NCBI RefSeq assembly: GCF_001194135.2
Contig: NC_068986.1
Span: forward strand, 68,476,606 to 68,540,605
DNA: 64,000 bases
Direction: 5' to 3'
From: Octopus bimaculoides
Taxonomy: Eukaryota
In this document: positions 51,476 through 61,100 of the stretch, one piece after another
Layout of the letters: each line of letters opens with the position of its first letter
Position numbering within the stretch: the stretch's first letter is position 1
Made by a program: the position numbers and the translations under genes
The notes under the pieces: model-generated
The model's database searches: none
The model's input: the letters and a program-made list of their open reading frames with translations, nothing else
Told to the model about the DNA's origin: nothing

Positions 51476-54400
51476 CTTATATATGCATACACATAAAGGC
51501 TTTCACATAATTTTTTGTTGTACTAAGTTATTTGTCAGCTCCTCCAAATCAGAAAGCATTCAGTTTTAAAGTTAATTTACCCTTTTACTTTGTCAATTAA
51601 AAAAAGAAGTAAAAAATGGACTGGAGAGGATATGATATCAGTCATAAATTGGTTTGTCATTATAATGTGAAACTTTACTTTGCTAGAGTGTTGATCCATG
51701 GTTATGTCAAGATCCTTATGAACAGAAAAGTAAAACCGAAAAACCTTTCAAGAAAGGTGAGTATTTTATTAATCTTCAAATATTTGACTGCTCAGATTTC
51801 TATTCTGGGATAACTATCACCACTGTTACTGTCAGTTTGGTTATTGTTGCTCATCATCACCATTGTTTCCCACCTCTTCTATCATTCCATGTTCCTTAAT
51901 ATGTTGTGTTCTATAAGTGTCACAAGAAGAGTAATGTTCTCTTGTTACTATAACTAAAACAATACTGGAAATTGTATTTTGTGTTTGGAACATTTTACAG
52001 GTGAGTTAATAAATAGTTAATGAAGAATAAGATATATATATGTGTGTGTGTGCATATATATATATATATATATANNNNNNNNNNNNNNNNNNNNNNNNNN
52101 NNNNNNNNNNNNNNNNNNNNNNNNNNNNNNNNNNNNNNNNNNNNNNNNNNNNNNNNNNNNNNNNNNNNNNNNNNNNNNNNNNNNNNNNNNNNNNNNNNNN
52201 NNNNNNNNNNNNNNNNNNNNNNNNNNNNNNNNNNNNNNNNNNNNNNNNNNNNNNNNNNNNNNNNNNTATATATATATATATATATAATTATAAATTTCCA
52301 TGGCACTAAGTATGAATATCGGAAATCATCATCATCATCATCATCATCGTTTAACGTCCGCTTTCCATGCTAGCATGGGTTGGACGATTTGACTGAGGAC
52401 TGGTGAAACCGGATGGCAACACCAGGCTCCAGTCTGATTTGGCAGAGTTTCTACAGCTGGATGCCCTTCCTAACGCCAACCACTCAGAGAGTGTAGTGGG
52501 TGCTTTTACGTGTCACCCGCACGAAAACGGCCACGCTCGAAATGGTGTCTTTTATGTGCCACCCGCACAAGCCAGTCCAGGGGCACTGGCAACGATCTCG
52601 CTCGAGGAAGTTAATTATTTGAACATATTTTTTATTGATTTGTTTGTTAGTCAAACAACCAGCAGATTAGTCAACCATACATGTAAAATCACAGATCATT
52701 GTATGGTTGAAAGGAGTTATTAAAACTGAAAAGAAAACAATATTTCAATGTAGTCTTAAATTATTGACCCTTTTTTTTTTTTGTTTAGTTTCATGAGGAG
52801 AAATGGTATTCATCTCGGCCTTTTTCACACTGTTATCATCAATGTGGTTAATGTTTAGCTTGCACTTCTGTTTGTTGTTGCTTACAGAAAAAACAACCAG
52901 TAAAAATGAAGAGATGGTGATGTCAGTATTGGTTTTAGATTTTGCGAGAGCGGGTAGTACTTATTTTATCAACCCTGCTAAAAGGATGAAAAACAGAAGT
53001 CGACCTCAGCAGAATTTGAACTCAGAACATAAAGATGAACAGAATGCCACTTAGCTAACAATTCTGCCAGCTCACCACCTTGAATGGTTTTATCAATATT
53101 TTGATTCTTGATTGAACAAAAAGCTAATTGTCTAAAGGTGGGAGAATAGTTACTGTGTTGATGTACATAATAGGATTTATTTAAGTATAATCTACTTGCC
53201 TAATACTTAGACCCTTCACTCCCTATCAAGCATAGGCCATCAACTACTTTGCTCCATTGTTCTTGATTCTGGGTTGTCGTTATATACTTCCCTTCAGTTG
53301 GATCCTTGCCTCCTTGCATTTTCCATTCAGATTTTGCTGCACCATGTTGTCTGTTTCCCTGAAGAAAGGCCTTTTTCTCCCAAGTCTTGTTGAGTTTGAA
53401 TTATCATTGATGCCTCTGTAACTTTGCTTCTTCCTAGGTAGGAGTGTTGGTCTATAATAGTCTGACCTCTATCCTTTGACCTGTCCAGCATGGGAGGCTC
53501 TACTAGAAGTTTGCACTCCACTGGCATAGCTCTGTGTCATTGAGGTACACATGCCACCAAACTGCAACAAGACTGGACCTTGTGGCAGTTAAGTATAATC
53601 TGCTGAGACAGGTTATATTTAATACTTTAAAGTATTTAGTCCAATGTTTTACCATTTTTTCTAACCTCACTACCCAATAAGTCATTAATGTTATAGATTT
53701 CTTATTTTAATGAGATAACTTTGTAACAAGATCAGATATATTTGACAAAGTTGACCCAATGTTTTACTAAGTACATGTTTTATTGATTTATTGATTCTGA
53801 ATGTATGAAAGATGTGTTGAATTCAGCAGGATTTGAACTCAGAAATGGCTCAAATGCTGTAACAATTACCACTGCTCTATCCTGTAAAGTACTAATACTG
53901 CCTGAACAGTAGACAACACATCCTTCTTTACTATTTCAGACATAACAAGTTTCAAACTGTATGAAAAAGTTACCAAACTTCCTGTTGATTTGAATGTCAT
54001 CTTTGGTTGCAGGTAAAACTTTCCGAATTCCTGAAATTGTGGATGACAAGAAACAGAAAAGTAAGAAACGGAAAAAAGAGCCAATTACAGAAGAAAAACC
54101 TGAGATTAATTTAGAACCAATTGAAGATTTTGTTGCCAACACCTGTAAGTTTTAGTTATTCTCATTACCAATATTTAATTTGTAAGAAATGTTTCTTATG
54201 TGAGAGCTTGGCTCTGTAAAACGCTGGGCTTGGTGTTAAGTTCAGTTGTTCACTATGTTCATACTCCACTACCAGTGTGTGACCAGAGAGGTAAAGCTAT
54301 ATTTGTTGCTCAATATAAATCATTGTATCACTGAATGGGAATGGATCATAGATTTTTCAACACTTCATCCCATAAATGATGGAAACCATTTTTTTCTCAC

Positions 54401-55047
54401 TGAAACCGGAAGGTTGAATTTAATTTAATTGCAATCACTTTAGCCTCCATAACAAAAATTTAATAAGTATTCATTAGCAGGTATCATTGTGTGGTAACAA
54501 AAGTCATTTTGCAACCATTGTAGTTTTGGATTCAGTCCTGCTGCATGTTGAGTGACTTTTACTGTAGTCTTGAGTCAACCAAATCTTTGCAAGTAAATTT
54601 GATAGAAGCTGTTCAGCAAAAGAAGCCCATAGAATAAATATCAGACTTCAAAAAAAAAATAACCACATTGGTTGATTTGTTTGGCTAAATCCTTCAAGAT
54701 GATGCCCCAGCATGGCTACAATCAAATGACTGAAACAAGTAGAAAATAAAAGAACACATCCATTAAACATAATATTTATGCCAAGTTATAGGTGAGGATT
54801 TATAATCAATAAAATTAATAATGTTGACAATGTTATTGAGTGAAAAACTATTTAATTAGTTTCGGCTGTGTGATAAGTAAGTAGCTTGCTTACCAACCAC
54901 ATAGTTCTGGGTTCAATCCCACTGCGTGGCACCTTGGGCAAGTGTCTTTTACTATAGCCTCGGGCCGACCAAAGCCTTGTGAGTGGATTTGGTAGACAGA
55001 AACTGAAAAAGAAGCTCATCGTATATATGTGTGTGTGTGTGTGTGTG

Positions 55048-55132
<85 letters not shown>

Positions 55133-58100
55133 TTGTGTCTGTGTTTGTCCCGCAACATCGCTTGACAACCGATGCTGGTGTGTTTATGTCCCCGTAACTT
55201 AGCGGTTCAGCAAAAGAGACTGATAGAACAAGTACTAGGCTTCCAAAGAATAAGTCTTGGGGTCGATTTGCTTGACTAAAGGCAGTGCTCCAGCATGGCC
55301 ACAGTCAAATGACTGAAACAAGTAAAAGAGTATAACTTAGACGATAAGAATTAGATGTTTGCATTAACATTGTTTAGTGCTGCTTTAAAATTGATGTAGT
55401 AATTTTGTGTATTGGTTGTAAATAGTAACATGAATACATAGGATATGACCGATGGAGGCCTAAGAAGAAGAAGTAAGAATTATTGGATGTAATTAAGGTT
55501 ATTTTGTTGACAGGATATATTTAATATTTCTTCATTTGTGGACATTTAGCAGATAGTGTTTTTTTTTTGTTTTTTTTTGTCTTGCTAAGTCTGGAAGCAG
55601 TGCCGTATCCATGGCCTTCAGAATTCCTCCCAAACCAATGAGACTGATGTCATTAAAATTTTTCTTGAACCTTTGCAAGTCAGCCTGAGAAAGGAGCAAA
55701 TTTCAGAGGGTTGACGTTTGGGGAATGAAGGACTAAGCATAGTGATTGGTGTTGGGGTTGGGCAGGTTGGAACAAAAAGTATCGTGTGAGGAAGAGGGGG
55801 TCAGAAATACCTGAGTGAAAGTGGTATGAGCCTGGCCAGCTCTGAAGAGCAGAACTCATTATAATAGCAGTAGAAAAGGTAAGAAAGAAAGAAAGAGAGA
55901 GAGAGAGATTTATGTGCTTGTGTTTTGAGGCTGAGTGTATTTATGAGTGGCTTTGTGACATTTTGCTGAGTGGCCCTTTTTCTAAATGCAATCTGGGGTC
56001 TCTTGCATGATGCAGTGGCACCTTCCAAAATGTAATTTATGCATTTTTTCCACAAAAATAAAAATAAACTTTAGGAGTACATAAATTACATGAGTAGATT
56101 GTTTCTGAATTTGTTTAGAAATTTTTTTTTGTTGCAAAAGACATACAAAATGTAAACATTTGTACCGGAAGTTGACTCAATTAATGTCAAAATAGGTTTT
56201 TACAGAAAAAATAAGAGCTTAAATATAATGAAGTTGACTTTTATTTATGCTGGACAGTATAATGCTTGCTTTTTCTGTATAAATTTACTAAAACCATTAA
56301 ATGGTTAACTACTTTTTGAAGTCTGACGTTCATGCTGGTAATCATGGTCTGGGCCATATTTTACTCGGTTGAGTAAAGTGTCATCCAAGCTGATGTTAAT
56401 TGATTATTAAACTTAATTTGCAACACCTGTGCATATTTATCAGCTTTGGTTTTGTTGATAATTGTTTTCAACAACTTTTCTTGTGATCATGGTTTGAAAA
56501 GACATACAACAGTATGATAAAAATCAGACATTATCTCTTGTAGGCAAGAAATGTAAAATAAAGTTCATTATAAACAACACAAACACTTTGTAATTTAATA
56601 GCTTTTAATGTGATACCTGTTAAACAGAAATTATTTTTATTTAATGAAAATTTAATAAAATCTAATCATAAGTAAGTGAAATTATGCTAAATACAACAAA
56701 ATTGAAAACCTTTTCTCCCTGCCATATTAGCAATTCTGAAAACTTTTGGGTGCAAATTTTACATGAGTAGCTTTTTATAACAATTTTTATCCTGAAAATC
56801 ACCTGCATAAATTATACAGGTGCACAAATTACATGGGTTTTTATGGTAGTTATTTTTTATGAAAGAAATATAACTTTTATATGTAATTTTTAAGAGACAG
56901 TAGAATTTTTATTCAAAGTGATTTAATCTATAATTTCTGGAAAAAGAATATTTTAAATTTGAAAAGTAGTTTTTACAAATGAAATAAGTAAATAAGGAGT
57001 TTTTCATGTAGTCACTTTCTTAATCTTTTTTTTTATTTTTCAGTATTTTCCTATAAACATAAATTACAGAAGAATCTGCGAGATTCTTGTCTTCCAGAGT
57101 TTGAAAGAATGTGTTGGACGAAACTTTCTGAACGTCAAGCTCGAAGGAAAACTGAAACTAAAGCTATGGTCAGTGTTTTTTTTACATTATACTTCTATGA
57201 AATGTCTATAATTTTCTTAAAATTGAATGTGGCTGGAAAAGAGACAACTGTGAAGTTAACCTTTTTAGCTCTGCATGCAGGGAGATAACCAGAGTCTGTA
57301 CCACAAAAATAAACACAAAAATGCAAGTTTCAAATAAAATGAAATTTATTGAAAGGTACTAAGCAGAAGCTTCTAGAAATTGATATTATCTGGAATTGGA
57401 AACCTGTCCATCTAATACAGATATTATATTTCTACTACTGTCAGCTGACTGGGAATCATACACCTTCCTGTGAGATATATCGTTTTTATTTGCCACTTGG
57501 AATTTTTCATCTTCAATTGTCTCCAAGTTATTCCCATTAATCTTTATCAGAATCTTCGAAATTTATAGTATCTCATTGGTTGTAAACTTAACCCTTTGAG
57601 TTTTGTTCCTAGAGTGTTTGGTTGCAGTGAGCATCATAGTAAAGAAATTGGGAAAAAATATTTAAAACATCTAAACACATTATCTGCAAACAGACATCTT
57701 TAAACAGACCAATTCTGCATTGACGGTTTATTTTTACTCCAACTGAATGATCTGTTTTTAGTTTGACTAGATTTTAAAATGGGGTTTACAAATTCCTGTT
57801 ACACTGGGATTTTGGATGAGTGCCAAGTCTGACATTCTTAGTAAACTAAGAATACATTCTGATACAAATTGTCAATAGTAGTTCTTGTGTCATATCATTC
57901 ATTGAGACAGTATTACATATTTGAAATTATTAATTACACCTACACCTATGATGACATGTAAAGACTTTTGAATTAAGTCTGATATCTTATAAAAATTGGC
58001 TTCACTGACCACAAAGAGATGAGTTTTGAACTGTTAAAACAAGAGATCAAAACACAAACTAAATACTGAAAAGTACATGGTTCAATAGCCCGTTTTTACC

Positions 58101-61100
58101 AATTTTTTACCAATTACTATAATACATTACTTTTATATTATCTTTTGTTCCAAGTGTAATTTTATATTGAAAACATTTTAGTAGAATGTTTGGGGACTGA
58201 AATAGTTTACAATACTTTGTGTATGGCCTTTGATTTAATCTTCATCTGATTTCTTTTCCATTATTTTCTCTAATATAAATATATCCTTCTTTTTAGGAAA
58301 CAATTTTAGAGCAAAAAATACTGGATGGAGAAAATCTGGAAGATGGCTTTGAAATTGGTGCAGGTAATTTGATTCTCATAAATATGAGTTTTACTTGTGA
58401 TATAATGTTGGTAGCAATGGTGCATCGCCGAGTGGTTTGGGTGTCGCACTTACAATCTCAAACCAGGTGATGTGTTGTATTCTTGATCAAAATACATCAG
58501 CTCGCATTGCTTTACAATCACTTTGACGTGTAACATATAGAACACTGTGCACTTGTACAGGCAACGTTGATTTGATGGAAGGAGTGAGCATAGCATAAAC
58601 ATTTGATCACTATAAACAAATCATCTGTGCAGGTTGTTCAGCAAGAAATTACAGAGCTGTCTTTTTTTTGGACTTGAGATTACCATTAAAACTGCTCAGA
58701 GTATGAAGTGAGGGTGAACAGCTCAGAAAGGGTAACTGCTATTTGAGTGAGAAGTCTGGCAGTCAGGACATGTAATTGAAATTTTAACTCTAATAAGAAC
58801 TGAAGGTTTAATATTAATGGAATATTGTTAATGATGGTATTACAAAAAGATATTTTTTTAATCTGCTTTGGTTTTGACATCTGGGAAATAACATCTATCC
58901 TGTTGGTTCTGAAATTATAAGAAACATCCTCACCTGACTTTCTGACATTGTTCAGAATCTTGCCATTTGGAAGCAGCAACAAAGCATAACTTCAGGTGCA
59001 TATTTTTGTATATGAGATTTTCCACTACTGCAATTTATTTTTAAAAAATCATGTCTGAATAGGTTATCAATGTACTTGTGTGTTTGATCTGTGCTCTCAG
59101 AACTCACTATCTTTATTCAACATAAGTATGTATGATATTGATACCTTGACTTGATTAGATGGAAATACCATATCTTTCTTACATATGTTGTAATTTTTGT
59201 GGACTAACTTAGTGAAATCTAGGTTTTGTTCCATTGCTTTTACATTTCTCTTTCTTTTCAGATTTGAATACAGCAAGTGGAGGTGATGATGATGATAATG
59301 ATGACAACATTGTAGGGCCCGTCTTGAATCTTCAAGATGACTTATTTGACATTGAAGATGATTCTCCTATTACTGGTTTGTTTTTACTTTAAGAACATAA
59401 AACCTTTACTGTAGTTTTGCTTTGATTATTTTGTATAATTATTTAAAGTTGGCCTTTGACTAAATTGAATCATGTTTGATCTTAGTTTTCATCTGATTTA
59501 TTCAATAAGCAACTGTGAAATTTTAACTTTGTTAGATTTAAACTGAGAAATATTTTGAACCAAATGATAAGTATTTTACACTGAGAGTTTAAATAACTTG
59601 ATTTAAGCTGTAAATCTAAACCCTTGAAATTGTCAAATAGCAATAGATGAGAAATGGTTAGTTGTAATATTGATAGCTTTCCTACAGATATTTAATGGGT
59701 GGTGTGGTTCTTGTTTGAGGGATGTGTTTATAGTTGTATGTTCTATCACAAATTACTTAACTATAAAGAGGCACCTATTGTGACAGTTGAATTGAGACAA
59801 AAAGAGTTATGTACCTTGTTTAGTGTTGTATAAATGAAACAGTTCTAAATAAGAGAAAGTTGTTAATTTAGCTGACTGTAAACTTACTGTCGCATTATCA
59901 GCTTACTACACCCGTTACAAAAGAAATGGTTATTTCCAATTGGCCTGGAAAAATGTTAGATAAAATTGGTTTCAATGGGATTGGGATTAAACAGAGAAGT
60001 TAGAAGGTAAATTTGTAGCACTTTGTTGGGTGCTCAACTGTTTCACCAATGGTTAGGAATGGTAAGACATGAAATTTTCTCTTGGAACATATTTCTTTGT
60101 ATCATGTAAAAGAAATAAGCTCTTCATTCTGATTCCTGTTTCACTTCAGTTATTGAACATCAAAGTTTCCCCATCTCTATAAATTCGAAACTTTGAATCA
60201 CATGGGGCAATATTTTATGTGTCTGCAGTGGAACTCTTGGACAATTTTCTAACTTATTGCAGTAGTAAAATAACACTTATTGCAGTAGTAAAATAACACT
60301 TTTACTCAAACGAACTTGCTATTTTTCTTCTCTTTTCTTTTTTTTTCTTCTTTAAGAAGAATCCAAGCGTGGTGAACCTGTGAGCAGTTATGAGCATTTA
60401 GTCCAGAAACACATTGTAAGTATTAAATTTAACAGCTATATTTTACATTTAAACCAAAAGGTTGTAAAAATGTGTTTAATTGATGAAAGACAAGAAGTGA
60501 TTAAAAATGCTGGATTTGATTCAGGTGTAATCCTTGCCTTCTTGCAAAATAGGCAAAGACATGCTTTTAGGACTAGATATATGTCAGGTTCATAACTATT
60601 TAAGGCATTTTATTTAGTATTTTTCAGTTCATTTAATTCTAAATACTTTAGCTCATCAAGCTATTTATTTTAGATTCTAGATCTTCTAAGAATGTTACCT
60701 ATGATAGTTTGGCCTTATATTTTAATGCTATTGAATACTAGACTAGGGTGGAGGCGCAATGGCCCAGTGGTTAGGGCAACGGACTCGCAGTCATAGGATC
60801 GCGGTTTCGATTCCCAGACCGGGCGTTGTGAGTGTTTATTGAGCGAAAACACCTAAAGCTCCACAAGACTCTGGCAGGGGATGGAGGCGAACTCTGCTGT
60901 ATTCTTTCACCACAACTTTCTCTCATTCTTACTTCCTGTTTCTGTTGTGCCTGTAATTCAAAGGGTCAGCCTTGTCACACTGTGTCACACTGAATATCCC
61001 CCGAGAACTACATTAAGGGTACACGTGTCTGTGGAGTGCTCAGCCACTTGCACGTTAATTTCACGAGCAGGCTATTTCGTTGATCGGATCAACTGGAACC

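Larger units (their letters stand above)
7473..52266. other. Assembly gaps (N): 7473-7969, 16072-16081, 27076-27776, 42580-42639, 43835-43960, 50824-51388, 52075-52266
   Basis: N-runs, most abutting (TA)n/(CT)n microsatellites or young repeats. Confidence 0.99.

Noticed and set aside
7405-52373. Long ORFs filled with X (7.4-8.0, 26.9-27.9, 43.7-44.1, 50.8-51.5, 52.0-52.4 kb)
   Set aside because: Artefacts of N-runs, which contain no stop codons.
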